In this document: piece by piece, positions 9,644-19,158 of the stretch
How the letters are laid out: each line of letters begins with the position of its first letter
How positions within the stretch are numbered: position 1 is the first letter of the stretch
NCBI GenBank assembly: GCA_965372715.1
Contig: CBDVDH010000001.1
Coordinates: 62,001-126,000 of the forward strand
DNA length: 64,000 nucleotides
Reading direction: 5' to 3'
Source: an uncultured bacterium
GTDB taxonomy: Bacteria; B130-G9
The notes under the pieces: generated by a model
Database searches by the model: none
Told to the model about the DNA's origin: nothing
Seen by the model: the letters and a program-made list of their open reading frames with translations, nothing else
Made by a program: the position numbers and the translations under genes

Positions 9644-10413
9644 TGCGCCGGGGGCCAAGAGTTGAGCCTGTTGTGGGCTACGTGGCCGAGTTGTTCGACG
9701 GCATTCAGGGCGAGGGCGTATTTGCGGGCTATCATCACGCCTTCATAAGACTGGCTGGCTGCAGCCTTGGATGCAAGTATTGCGATACGGAATACGCCCA
9801 GCGGCAGGATGGTCCATTTCGCGTCTTTCGCGGTGCGGGGACGGTCGTCAAAGAGCTCGACAACCCCGTGGACGTCGGCGTAGTCGTCAAAGAGCTCAAG
9901 TCCTTGCTCGAGACCTCTGCCTCGATCTCCACAGTTTGCGTCACCGGCGGCGAGCCGCTTGAGCAGCCGCGCTTCTTGAGGCATTTGCTCAAGGCGACTG
10001 AGGCGCTTGAGGTTCCGATTCTGCTGGAGACGAACGGCGTCGAGCACGAGAACCTGGACCACGTCTTGGACATGGTTGACCAGATCTCTGTTGACATCAA
10101 GCTTCCGAGCGCATCTGGAAGAGATGACCTTTGGGACCGGCACACTGCGTTTCTTCAGATGGCTCGACACAAGTATGTGTTCGTCAAGATGGCGATAGAT
10201 GAGTCGACAGAGCTTGGAGAGGTCGAGCGGGCGGCGGTAATCGTCCATGAGACCGCTCCGGAGGCGCCGGTTTTTTTGCAGCCAGTCTCAGATGCCGCTG
10301 GGGCGCCGTCCATTTCCTATAGGCACATCCTGGAGCTATATGAAGTATGCGCCAAACAGGCGAAGGATGTCCGCGTAATGCCGCAGATTCACAAGATCAT
10401 CGGTTCACTATGA
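9640..10413 (+). CDS. queE: 7-carboxy-7-deazaguanine synthase (radical SAM)
   Basis: ELFDGIQGEG, RLAGCSLGCKYCDT, TGGEPL, ETNG, PQIHK. Confidence 0.92.
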   Translation: MMRRGPRVEPVVGYVAELFDGIQGEGVFAGYHHAFIRLAGCSLGCKYCDTEYAQRQDGPFRVFRGAGTVVKELDNPVDVGVVVKELKSLLETSASISTVCVTGGEPLEQPRFLRHLLKATEALEVPILLETNGVEHENLDHVLDMVDQISVDIKLPSASGRDDLWDRHTAFLQMARHKYVFVKMAIDESTELGEVERAAVIVHETAPEAPVFLQPVSDAAGAPSISYRHILELYEVCAKQAKDVRVMPQIHKIIGSL

Positions 10414-10470
10414 TGTCGAACTGCCAACTGTCAATTCGCCGTTCGGCGAACCTTCGGCTGAGGCTTGAGG

Positions 10471-10869
10471 ATGTTCGCCGCTGAAGTAATTGGGACTGTC
10501 GTTGCGACTCAAAAGCACGAGAAGCTCGTTGGTCGGAAGCTTCTGATCGTGAGTAGGCTCGATCGGGAAGGTAGGATCACGGGCGATGAGCTGGTAGCGG
10601 TCGATACCGTCGGCGCGGGCGTCGGCGAGCGCGTCTTGGTCGTGAAGGAGGGCGGCTCCGCCTCGATGGCAATGGGCGTCGAGAAGCCCCCGGCGAACGT
10701 CGTCATCGTCGGCATTATCGATGAGATCCACTTGTGCGATAACGATTTCACTGAAGAGGAATGGCTCAAGGCGGCTGCTTCAAACCCAGTTTTCGATTTC
10801 CTGAAGCATTCGGAGGAGGACATTTACCTGCTCGATGATGCAAAGCCTTTCGACGGGCAAAGACGATAG
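10471..10869 (+). CDS. EutN/CcmL (BMC-P) microcompartment vertex protein with an unusual C-terminal extension
   Basis: VIGTVVATQK, VAVDTVGAGVGERVLV..GGSA, IVGIIDEI; ~40 extra C-terminal residues. Confidence 0.88.
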   Translation: MFAAEVIGTVVATQKHEKLVGRKLLIVSRLDREGRITGDELVAVDTVGAGVGERVLVVKEGGSASMAMGVEKPPANVVIVGIIDEIHLCDNDFTEEEWLKAAASNPVFDFLKHSEEDIYLLDDAKPFDGQRR

Positions 10870-10881
10870 GAGGTAGGGATA

Positions 10882-11625
10882 ATGCAAACCGTAAAGCGAC
10901 ATGACTTCATAGAGTTTTCAGAGTGTGAGCACGCGACCGCACAGCAAACAGCACTACAACATCCAGACGAAGTGGATCTCGCCACTAAAGTCACGTCCCT
11001 GGTTATGGAGTTCGCGGAAACTGCCCCAGCTGCCTGTTCATGGTTCACTCCCTATTACAACGAATTCTTGAATCACGCACGGCTGAGCATAATGTCTTCG
11101 TTGCGGCTTCATTTTGGTCAGGCGGGGTGGTGCATGAGGACTTCTCTAGAAGGAGCTGCAAAAGCAGCTTATTGCATTTCCCACCAGGTCATAGACACTG
11201 ACGTAGTTAAACATGATTCCCAAGGCCGAGCTTCCGAGAAGAAAACGTTCAAGAACGATTGCATTAGTTGGGTGAAGGGTCATTACACGAAGGAGAGCGC
11301 TTATCTTGACAAGGTGAATAGTACCGTCAACCGACTTCATGCTCATTCGAACATCTTTTCAGCTATGGGTAGTATCAAAGATGCAGGTTCTAATAAAATA
11401 TTGCGTGCCTTCGACCGAAATGAACCACTGCTAATTCGATCGACGGTCGTACAAGTATCGAGGATTGCCCTTACGATGCTGGAGATAATGCAAAAAGAGG
11501 TGGAGAAGATTCAGCCTGGATGTCTGTCTGCTGCATTCGGTCAGCGTCTTAAGGATTGCCAGGAAGAGGCTCTGCAACTTGGCCCGCAGATAAGGGAGGA
11601 TCCTTCAGCCGCTAGGTTCCTGTGA
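10882..11625 (+). CDS. Hypothetical alpha-helical protein, visibly more AT-rich than its neighbours
   Basis: AGGAGG RBS, 247-aa ORF; no family recognised with confidence. Confidence 0.65.
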   Translation: MQTVKRHDFIEFSECEHATAQQTALQHPDEVDLATKVTSLVMEFAETAPAACSWFTPYYNEFLNHARLSIMSSLRLHFGQAGWCMRTSLEGAAKAAYCISHQVIDTDVVKHDSQGRASEKKTFKNDCISWVKGHYTKESAYLDKVNSTVNRLHAHSNIFSAMGSIKDAGSNKILRAFDRNEPLLIRSTVVQVSRIALTMLEIMQKEVEKIQPGCLSAAFGQRLKDCQEEALQLGPQIREDPSAARFL

Positions 11626-11725
11626 TAAAGGAGTCTTGCTCGTTTGAGCGATGTCTCAAAACGCACCGGTTAACCTAAGAGTGGGAACTGGGCGTCGATA
11701 GCGCCAGGGTGACCTTAGTCGTGTC

Positions 11726-13246
11726 ATGTGTTCGCAAGTTGACGCTTTTCTAGAGAGATGGCCCCTTGACTATTTGCCTGTCACATTCTTGAGCAAACAC
11801 GCCTCGCGCATCGCCCTCGCGCTCATCCTCGTTCTAGCCGCATACCTGCGGCTCGAGGAACTGGGCGAGAGCTCGTTCTGGCTGGACGAATGCTACACTG
11901 CCTCCTTCTCGCAATACGGTCTTTTGGACGTCGTAACGGCGTGCTTGATCGACGTTCATCCGCCGCTCTTCTTCTTCATAACCAATGTCGTGATGAGGTT
12001 GGCCGGCAAATCGGAGTTTTTCCTGAGACTGCCCTCCGCTCTGTTCGGCATCGCGACCTGCCTAGCCGTGTTCCTGTTGTCAAGAATGGTCGCCGGCAGA
12101 AGATTCGCTCTTTTGGCGACGTTGCTGATGGCGGTCTGCCCGCTGGCAATAGACCACAGTCGGGAAGCAAGATCGTATCCGCTCGTAACGTTCATCGGGA
12201 TTATGCTCACTATCGCGATACTACGGCTCCGCGAGAGGCCGACGAGGCGCCGAATGATAATGGTCGTTCTATACGGCACACTGCTTGCTTACACGCATTA
12301 TGTTGGCCTTGTCTATCTCTTTTCACTCGTTTGTGCCGTCCTTTTGCTTTCTGGATTCCCCTCGGCGGCCAAGAAGTTCGTGGCGAAGGCGGCCCTTTTG
12401 ATCCTTGTCCTGTTCTCGCCCTGGTTACCCACCCTTGTTGCACAGTTGGGGACTGAACAGCCGCATATTGGACGGTTTGACCTGCTGTCGCTGCGAGACA
12501 TGTTCTGGACTCACGGGCCATTCTCAGCAATTCAGAACGAGGGATTGGCTGGCCTAGCAGGTGCGCTATTTCTCCTTTTTGTGGCTTTTTCGGTTATCGG
12601 GCTAATCCTCCCCCGTAGTTTGTCAAGTCCGTTTCGAGACGAGCATTCCCACAAAATACGATGCCTGGCGGGTGCGTTCCTTCTTTTCGTCGCCATCTAT
12701 TATGCGTTCGGCTCCTGGCGACCATCCTTCCGGCCAAAGACCGCCCTTGCTGTATATCCTGTGCTGATGTCGCTTTTCGCGGTGGGCGCAGCCAATCTCG
12801 TCAAGATGGGAAGTAGACGCGGCTATCGTCGGGGAGCTTCCGCTGTCGTACTGCTTGCCTGCATGGCTCTGGCGCTCGCCAACGCTGCCCAATACGAACC
12901 TCCGGTCTATCCAGACATTCGCAGTTTATTCGCATTCCTGCAAGAGGGACCCGCCTCGAAGCCGCTCCTATTCTGTAGAGATGATGCGGCTCCTATGGCC
13001 GACTTCTATCTTCCCAATGCGAGGGAGATGTTCTATTCCGGCAGGATGTTCTTTCTTCCTGATGGTGAAGCTATCTCGGCAAACCTCGGGGCGTTGAAGA
13101 GAAGCGAGCAGCTGTGGGTCGTAACTACCAGGCCGGGTAGGACTCCGCTAGAAGACCTTGCTGAGCGTCATCTGAAGAAACTGAAGGCAGCGGAGTTCGA
13201 TAGGTGTCGTGCAATTCTCTATGCCTGGCCTGACGCGAAGGAGTAG
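11726..13246 (+). CDS. GT-C fold membrane glycosyltransferase (GT39/PMT_2-like)
   Basis: SFWLDE, DVHPPLFF, LRLPSALFG, HSREARSY; many TM helices. Start uncertain. Confidence 0.85.
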   Translation: MCSQVDAFLERWPLDYLPVTFLSKHASRIALALILVLAAYLRLEELGESSFWLDECYTASFSQYGLLDVVTACLIDVHPPLFFFITNVVMRLAGKSEFFLRLPSALFGIATCLAVFLLSRMVAGRRFALLATLLMAVCPLAIDHSREARSYPLVTFIGIMLTIAILRLRERPTRRRMIMVVLYGTLLAYTHYVGLVYLFSLVCAVLLLSGFPSAAKKFVAKAALLILVLFSPWLPTLVAQLGTEQPHIGRFDLLSLRDMFWTHGPFSAIQNEGLAGLAGALFLLFVAFSVIGLILPRSLSSPFRDEHSHKIRCLAGAFLLFVAIYYAFGSWRPSFRPKTALAVYPVLMSLFAVGAANLVKMGSRRGYRRGASAVVLLACMALALANAAQYEPPVYPDIRSLFAFLQEGPASKPLLFCRDDAAPMADFYLPNAREMFYSGRMFFLPDGEAISANLGALKRSEQLWVVTTRPGRTPLEDLAERHLKKLKAAEFDRCRAILYAWPDAKE

Positions 13247-13317
13247 AGCAGTAGCGTCTCTTCCCTAACGTCCCTTGTCTCTAGTATTCTGGCACAAACT
13301 GATTTCTGCGAGGCGAG

Positions 13318-14466
13318 GTGAAGATGTCATACTGCATTTTGGGGCCAGTTGTTCCGCTGAGAGGTGGGATAGCACACTACACAACGCTGCTCGCGAAGGA
13401 GCTGGAGGAGAGAGCCGAGGTGGACGTCATCTCCTTCTCGCGGCTGTACCCCAATTTCCTATTCCCCGGGAAGTCGCAGGTGGAGCAGAACGGCGCGCTG
13501 GAGCCGCCGGCAAACGTCCAGTTCTGCCTCGACACGATGAACCCGCTCACATGGCGGAGAACGGCCAAGAAAATCATTGCGATGAGGCCCGACATGCTGA
13601 TCGTCCCGTTTTGGGTCACATACCTTGTGCCGGTGCTGCTCCCGGTTGTGTCATTTGTTAAGCGTCATTCAGACATAAAGGTGCTCTTCATCTGCCACAA
13701 CGTCATCCCGCACGACGTCTCAAGAATGCACCTCTTGCTCGTCAAGGCGCTGCTCAAGAAGGGTGATTTCGTGATCGTCCACTCCGAGCAGGAGAGGCGC
13801 CTCGTCCAAGAGGCTGCGCCGAGCATCGAGGTCGTCAAGCACGTTCATCCGATATACGATTTCTTCGCCACCAGTAGTGCCAAATCCGATCATGAACTAT
13901 CACTTCAGGATGCAAGGGCTAAGCTGCGGATTTCTAGGGATAAACTTGTCCTACTGTTCTTCGGATTCGTCCGGCCATACAAGGGACTCGACCTGCTCAT
14001 CGAGGCGATGCCCAAGATCCGCCAGCGCCTCGACGCGTATCTTCTCGTTGTCGGCGAGTTCTGGGAGAGTCGGACACGGTTTGACGAGATGATCAAAGGG
14101 CTTTCTCTGGTAGATAATGTAACAATTATCGATAGATATGTCCCAGATAATGAAGTTGCACTTTACTTTTCGGCCGCGGATATTGTGGTTTTGCCATATC
14201 GAGAGGCAACTCAGAGCGGCATCATTCAGATAGCCTACGGCTTCCGGAAGCCCATCATAACAACCGACGTTGGCGGCCTGGCGGAGGTTGTCGAGGACGG
14301 CAAGACAGGCTATGTCGTCCTCAAAGATAGCCCCGAGGCAATCGCCGGCGCGGTGTTGCGCTTCGCGCGTGAAAGAGAATCCACAGATTTCACGGCAAAC
14401 ATCGAAATGGTCATCGACCGCTTTTCCTGGGCACGCTTAGTTGATACTATTGAGCGGTTTCGATAA
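13318..14466 (+). CDS. Glycosyltransferase family 4
   Basis: RGGIAHY, FFGFVRPYKG, LPYREATQSG, TDVGGLAEVV. Confidence 0.92.
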   Translation: MKMSYCILGPVVPLRGGIAHYTTLLAKELEERAEVDVISFSRLYPNFLFPGKSQVEQNGALEPPANVQFCLDTMNPLTWRRTAKKIIAMRPDMLIVPFWVTYLVPVLLPVVSFVKRHSDIKVLFICHNVIPHDVSRMHLLLVKALLKKGDFVIVHSEQERRLVQEAAPSIEVVKHVHPIYDFFATSSAKSDHELSLQDARAKLRISRDKLVLLFFGFVRPYKGLDLLIEAMPKIRQRLDAYLLVVGEFWESRTRFDEMIKGLSLVDNVTIIDRYVPDNEVALYFSAADIVVLPYREATQSGIIQIAYGFRKPIITTDVGGLAEVVEDGKTGYVVLKDSPEAIAGAVLRFARERESTDFTANIEMVIDRFSWARLVDTIERFR

Positions 14467-14498
14467 TAAAAGCCGCCAATTAGGGAGGAAGCGACATT

Positions 14499-15857
14499 AT
14501 GGTCGGCATTAATGCAAGCAAATTCATCGTCGTCATGATCGCCGTTTGCCTTGTCGTGCTACTCCTGGCAATGGCGCCCCTCGGCTGCAATAGATCCGAG
14601 CAGGCGGGATGCCCCATCCGAGCGGTCTGGGCACACGCGATTAGAGGTGAGTATGACGCGATCAAGGACCTGTATCTTGATGGATCAACAGACGGGGATG
14701 GAGAAGCGAGAGTTATCAGAGAAGCATGCATAGACGCGCTCGCGGCGATGGATGACGACGGCGCAATGCTGGCGTTGGCTGGGATACTGAGGGCGCAGAC
14801 GATTCCCGATCTCACTATCGCTCAAAGAATAGTTGCATCAAGCGATTCACCCGCGATGGAGACCATATACGAGCTTGCAGAAAGCGAGCATCTCGAAATC
14901 AGGCACAAGATAGCACTGGCGTTCAACTGCTGCGACTTCACGAAGTGCGGCTCGCGAGCTGTGGATTTACTCTGCAAGATGCTCAGGGATGAAGAAAGGG
15001 GTGTCTCAACGATGGCCACGCACGCTCTGGGCAAGGTCCCGGCCTCGATGCCAGAGCAGTACGGCAAGGCCAAGCGCAGTCTTATCGAGTACTACCAGCG
15101 GCCTGAGAGTCTTCCCGATGACAATATCATGCTGGATCTTTGCGGAGCATTCGAGAGCTTGGAGGGGCACGACGTGCAGGAGTTCATCCGCTGGTTACTT
15201 GCCCGTGCCAAGAATCCACCTCGTGATCACGTTTTTGCCCTGCTCCATAAGCTCCCTGAGAGGGAGGCTATTGGGTATGTAGAGAAATACTCTCGGTCGA
15301 ATGATGAAATAGACAGAGCCTGGGCTGCAGGCACTGCCTGCGATATGTCCTCCCCGAGAGCCATACCAGTGATACGGATGCTTTCCGGCGATAGCTGCGA
15401 TCGTGTCAGGGCCGGTATAGCTGGGAGCCTGAGAAAGCCGTTTGAGGGCCGTGAGGAGATTGTCCTCGGGATGGCAAACGACGCCTCCCAGAAGGTGCGC
15501 AGGGCATCGGCGTGGTCGCTGGCCACCTTGAGCTCGCCGGCTGCTCAGCGTGCTCTGATGAGCCTGATCCGTAGCAAGGACAGGGACGTCTCGCTCTGGG
15601 CTATTCTGGGTCTGTCGCAATCGCCTCAAGTCTTCACATTTGATTACTTGAGACCCGAAATCACCGAATTGGCCCAAAGCCGAACAGCCGAACATCGAAG
15701 ACTTGCCGTCGCCCTTATCAGGGCATACTCCATTGACGGCATGGATGATGTGCTTCTCCGGCTAACCGAGGACAGATCGCTGATGGTGCGACGGGCGGCG
15801 TATCAGGGCATTTATAAGGTGAATCCGGACAGATTGAGGGAGATTGTCCAGCAGTAG
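14499..15857 (+). CDS. HEAT-repeat putative lipoprotein
   Basis: Hydrophobic leader ending 'APLGC'; repeated 'D....VR..AA..L' units. Confidence 0.75.
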   Translation: MVGINASKFIVVMIAVCLVVLLLAMAPLGCNRSEQAGCPIRAVWAHAIRGEYDAIKDLYLDGSTDGDGEARVIREACIDALAAMDDDGAMLALAGILRAQTIPDLTIAQRIVASSDSPAMETIYELAESEHLEIRHKIALAFNCCDFTKCGSRAVDLLCKMLRDEERGVSTMATHALGKVPASMPEQYGKAKRSLIEYYQRPESLPDDNIMLDLCGAFESLEGHDVQEFIRWLLARAKNPPRDHVFALLHKLPEREAIGYVEKYSRSNDEIDRAWAAGTACDMSSPRAIPVIRMLSGDSCDRVRAGIAGSLRKPFEGREEIVLGMANDASQKVRRASAWSLATLSSPAAQRALMSLIRSKDRDVSLWAILGLSQSPQVFTFDYLRPEITELAQSRTAEHRRLAVALIRAYSIDGMDDVLLRLTEDRSLMVRRAAYQGIYKVNPDRLREIVQQ

Positions 15858-15880
15858 GTCAAATCTCAACCCTCGGCCAT

Positions 15881-16993
15881 TTAGCCCTGTCTCTCGCCGA
15901 TCTTTCTGGCGACGAGGCGCGATGTGGTGAGGGCGATGAAGTTCAGGAAGACGGAGATGAGGACGACGGAGCGGCCGAAGTCGAAGCCCTTGAACATGAA
16001 CGACGTGGCGGCCACGATCAACGAGGCAAGGATCGTTACCTTCAGGATTGAGACGAACTCGCCAAAGCGTGTTGTCTCGGTTGGACGGCGATAGAGGCCG
16101 AAGAAAAGGCAGGTCATGATCCAAAGGAAGACCATCAGCGGCAGTGCGATGATATAGCCGTCGATGGGGTTGATCGGCACACCGAACACATTCGCTAGTG
16201 CCGCTCTTATGAAATAGGCGCCTAACCACGATAGCGAGAAGGCGAGAATGTCGGTGATGACGAGAAGGAATACGCGCAGAGCGAACCTCACGTTGCCGAG
16301 TAGATATCGCCGCCAGAGCCGCGCCGGTTCGAGTATTAGCCTATAGGACCACTCGAGTCCGCAGTTGCACATCCACCTTGGGGCCCGGCTCGCGGCGCCT
16401 GAGACGTATTCCAAAAGCGCACCAACGCCCCAGCAGAGCGGAACCTTCAGCCTGTCGATGTGGCGCTTGATCCAAAGCTCCTGCTTCGGCACGCTCATCC
16501 CGACGATGAGGATGTCCGGCTCAGCTGCCCTGATCCGCTCTACAAGGGCTTCCTCTTCACTGTCCTGGAAGAAGCCACTCTCTGCGCCCGCAATTTGGAG
16601 CTCTGGGAACTGCTGGCGCAGCTTTCTGCTGGCGAGCTCGGCAACGCCGGGCTCCGAGCCCAGAAGGAACATCGAGAGCCCTTTGCGTTCGCAGAGCTCG
16701 CAGACCTTGCCAAAGAAATCGGCGGCCGTCAGCCTCTCCGGCAGAGGGACGCCGAATAGCTTCGAGGCCCAGACGACGCCCATCCCGTCCGCATAGACCA
16801 GGTCCGCACCGTCGATGATCTCCTTGTAGGCCGAGTTTCGATAGTATTGGTTGACGCAATCGACGTTTACGTAGGCGATCTGACGACTCGCGTCCTTTGA
16901 TGAGGCGAATCGCTCGATTGCCTCAAGCAGCGCCTCAAGCGTCAGAACATCAATCGAAATCCCAAGAACTGTGGCAGTATTTCGCATCCGCAT
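15881..16993 (-). CDS. WecB/TagA/CpsF glycosyltransferase fused to a 4-TM domain
   Basis: ADGMGVVW, ERLTAAD, GMSVPKQE, RAPRW..GLEWSYRL..EPARLWRRY; C-terminal TM bundle. Confidence 0.88.
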   Translation of the reverse strand: MRMRNTATVLGISIDVLTLEALLEAIERFASSKDASRQIAYVNVDCVNQYYRNSAYKEIIDGADLVYADGMGVVWASKLFGVPLPERLTAADFFGKVCELCERKGLSMFLLGSEPGVAELASRKLRQQFPELQIAGAESGFFQDSEEEALVERIRAAEPDILIVGMSVPKQELWIKRHIDRLKVPLCWGVGALLEYVSGAASRAPRWMCNCGLEWSYRLILEPARLWRRYLLGNVRFALRVFLLVITDILAFSLSWLGAYFIRAALANVFGVPINPIDGYIIALPLMVFLWIMTCLFFGLYRRPTETTRFGEFVSILKVTILASLIVAATSFMFKGFDFGRSVVLISVFLNFIALTTSRLVARKIGERQG

Positions 16994-17054
16994 GTTGCCT
17001 TTGTTATGCTGTTGAAAGGTTACGATAGCGGGGTTAGATGTCAACCTTTGGAGG

Positions 17055-17083
17055 TTGACCAATCTTGGCGTTGCACCTATAGT
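17055..17083 (+). promoter_or_regulatory. sigma70 promoter of ftsH
   Basis: TTGACC-17 bp-TATAGT; the -35 lies in the inverted repeat GTCAACCT-TTGG-AGGTTGAC. Confidence 0.65.
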
Positions 17084-17136
17084 GGGTTTTGGATACGCTG
17101 TTGCATTGTTGCACTAGGAATAGGAGGGATGACGGT

Positions 17137-19005
17137 TTGAGCCCGCGGCTTAAGACGCTCGCACTTTGGGCCTCGATCATCGTGATTGCGGCTTTGTTGG
17201 CGAAATTCGTCGATACTAAGGCGCCAACTGAGACCAAATGGACGTACAGCCAGTTCAGAGAGGAGCTCAAGGCGGGTGCGATTGAGCGCGTGCAGATTCG
17301 GGAGTCTCGGCTCGATGGCCTGACCAGGGGTGGCCAGCGGTTCTATACCTATATTCTGGACGATCCAGAGCTTTATCGGGAACTTGAGAAAGCGGGCGCA
17401 ATCGTCGAGGTTATGCCCCAAGAGGAGCAATCTTGGCTCCTTTCCGCGCTCTTGACCTGGCTTCTCCCCATGGGCATTTTCCTCGTTATATGGGTTTTCC
17501 TTCTCAGGCAGATGCAGGGCGGCGGCTCCAAGGCGCTTTCGTTCGGGAAATCCAGGGCCAAACTGACGTCCGACAAAGCGAAACGAGTCACGTTTGAGGA
17601 CGTCGCCGGCGTTGACGAGGCGAAGGAGGAACTCGACGAGATCATTGACTTCTTGACCGACCCTCAGAAATATCAGCGACTGGGTGGCAAGCTTCCCAAA
17701 GGCGTGCTGCTGGTGGGCGCGCCGGGCACCGGGAAGACGCTCTTGGCGAGGGCTATCGCAGGAGAGGCACAGGTTCCGTTTTTTAACATCAGCGGGTCCG
17801 ATTTCGTCGAGATGTTCGTCGGCGTTGGCGCGTCGCGGGTTCGGGACCTCTTCGAGCAGGGCAAGAAGCACGCTCCTTGTATCATATTCATCGACGAGAT
17901 CGACGCCGTTGGTCGCTATCGAGGCGCGGGTCTTGGCGGTGGGCACGACGAGCGTGAGCAGACTCTCAATCAACTTTTGGTCGAAATGGATGGATTTGAG
18001 TCGAGCGACGGTGTGATTCTGATCGCGGCGACGAATCGCCCAGATGTTCTTGATCCCGCTCTACAACGTGCGGGTCGATTTGACCGGCTGATCGTTGTCA
18101 ATCGTCCGGACCAGAAGGGCCGTGCGGCGATACTTAGGGTTCATACAAAAGATGTCACGCTTGCGGATGAGGTTGACCTCGCTGTTGTTGCTCGGGGCAC
18201 GCCCGGGTTTACCGGCGCTGACCTAGCCAATCTGGTCAACGAGGCGGCTTTGCTCGCTGCGCGGCGCGGTCAAGATGATGTCACTCCTATCGATATGGAA
18301 GACGCCAAGGACAAGGTTCTGATGGGCGTCGAGCGGCGTTCGCTGATAATCACAGATGAGGAGAAGAGGAACACGGCCTATCACGAGGCTGGTCACGCTT
18401 TGGTCGCGGAGCTGCTGGAGTATCCGGACCCTGTCCATAAGGTTACTATCATCCCCAGGGGGCGGGCGCTGGGTTTGACTCAGCAGCTGCCAATTGACGA
18501 TAGGCACAACTACGACACGGATTATCTCAACGACCAATTGGCGTACATGCTTGGGGGACGGGTGGCCGAAGAGCTCTTTCTGAAGAGCATAACAACTGGT
18601 GCTGGAAATGACCTCGAGATCGCGACGAATCTGGCAAGAAAGATGGTCTGCGAATGGGGCATGAGCGATAAGATCGGTCCGCTGACGTTCGGCAAGAAAG
18701 AGGAGCACATTTTTCTCGGGAAGGAATTCGCTCAGCCAAAGGATTTCAGCGAGGCGACTGCAGTCAAGATCGACCAGGAGATCGAGCGGCTCGTCACGGA
18801 GAACTACGTGCGGGCGAAGGAGGTGCTGCGGGACAAATCGGCTTTGGTTCACGAGCTTGCGGCAGCCCTTTTGGATAAAGAGGTTCTTGACGGGTCGGAA
18901 GTCCGGCGGATGGTTGAGGATTACCTGCACCCGAAAAAGCAGATAGAGCAAGAGCAAGGGAAGAAAGACCGGCAGAGTGGCATTGAATCCTCGGAAGAGG
19001 GGTAG
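17137..19005 (+). CDS. ftsH: ATP-dependent zinc metalloprotease FtsH
   Basis: Two TM helices, [31 protein letters not shown] start after GGAGG. Confidence 0.97.
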   Translation: MSPRLKTLALWASIIVIAALLAKFVDTKAPTETKWTYSQFREELKAGAIERVQIRESRLDGLTRGGQRFYTYILDDPELYRELEKAGAIVEVMPQEEQSWLLSALLTWLLPMGIFLVIWVFLLRQMQGGGSKALSFGKSRAKLTSDKAKRVTFEDVAGVDEAKEELDEIIDFLTDPQKYQRLGGKLPKGVLLVGAPGTGKTLLARAIAGEAQVPFFNISGSDFVEMFVGVGASRVRDLFEQGKKHAPCIIFIDEIDAVGRYRGAGLGGGHDEREQTLNQLLVEMDGFESSDGVILIAATNRPDVLDPALQRAGRFDRLIVVNRPDQKGRAAILRVHTKDVTLADEVDLAVVARGTPGFTGADLANLVNEAALLAARRGQDDVTPIDMEDAKDKVLMGVERRSLIITDEEKRNTAYHEAGHALVAELLEYPDPVHKVTIIPRGRALGLTQQLPIDDRHNYDTDYLNDQLAYMLGGRVAEELFLKSITTGAGNDLEIATNLARKMVCEWGMSDKIGPLTFGKKEEHIFLGKEFAQPKDFSEATAVKIDQEIERLVTENYVRAKEVLRDKSALVHELAAALLDKEVLDGSEVRRMVEDYLHPKKQIEQEQGKKDRQSGIESSEEG

Positions 19006-19158
19006 TTTCCTAGTGTCGGGTTCCCCAATCTGCCTTGGGAGGTCGCCCGCAGAAGAACAGACCTGTGTGGCGCAGGTTCTCCAACCAGCCAAGGTTGCAG
19101 CGTTTCAGGAACGCGACGCTGGTGCAGCACTTGGACGCAATCTAAGAACTCAGAGTAG

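Noticed and set aside
6575-10413. Known QatABCD or Dpd system
   Set aside because: No TatD, DpdA/TGT or Dnd-like genes; QueC and QueE look canonical.
10471-10869. Complete bacterial microcompartment locus
   Set aside because: No BMC-H/T shell genes or signature enzymes in the window.
17077-19092. Long antisense ORFs (e.g. 17077-17973, 18223-19092) and similar shadows elsewhere
   Set aside because: They lie opposite well-supported genes and are expected in GC-rich DNA.
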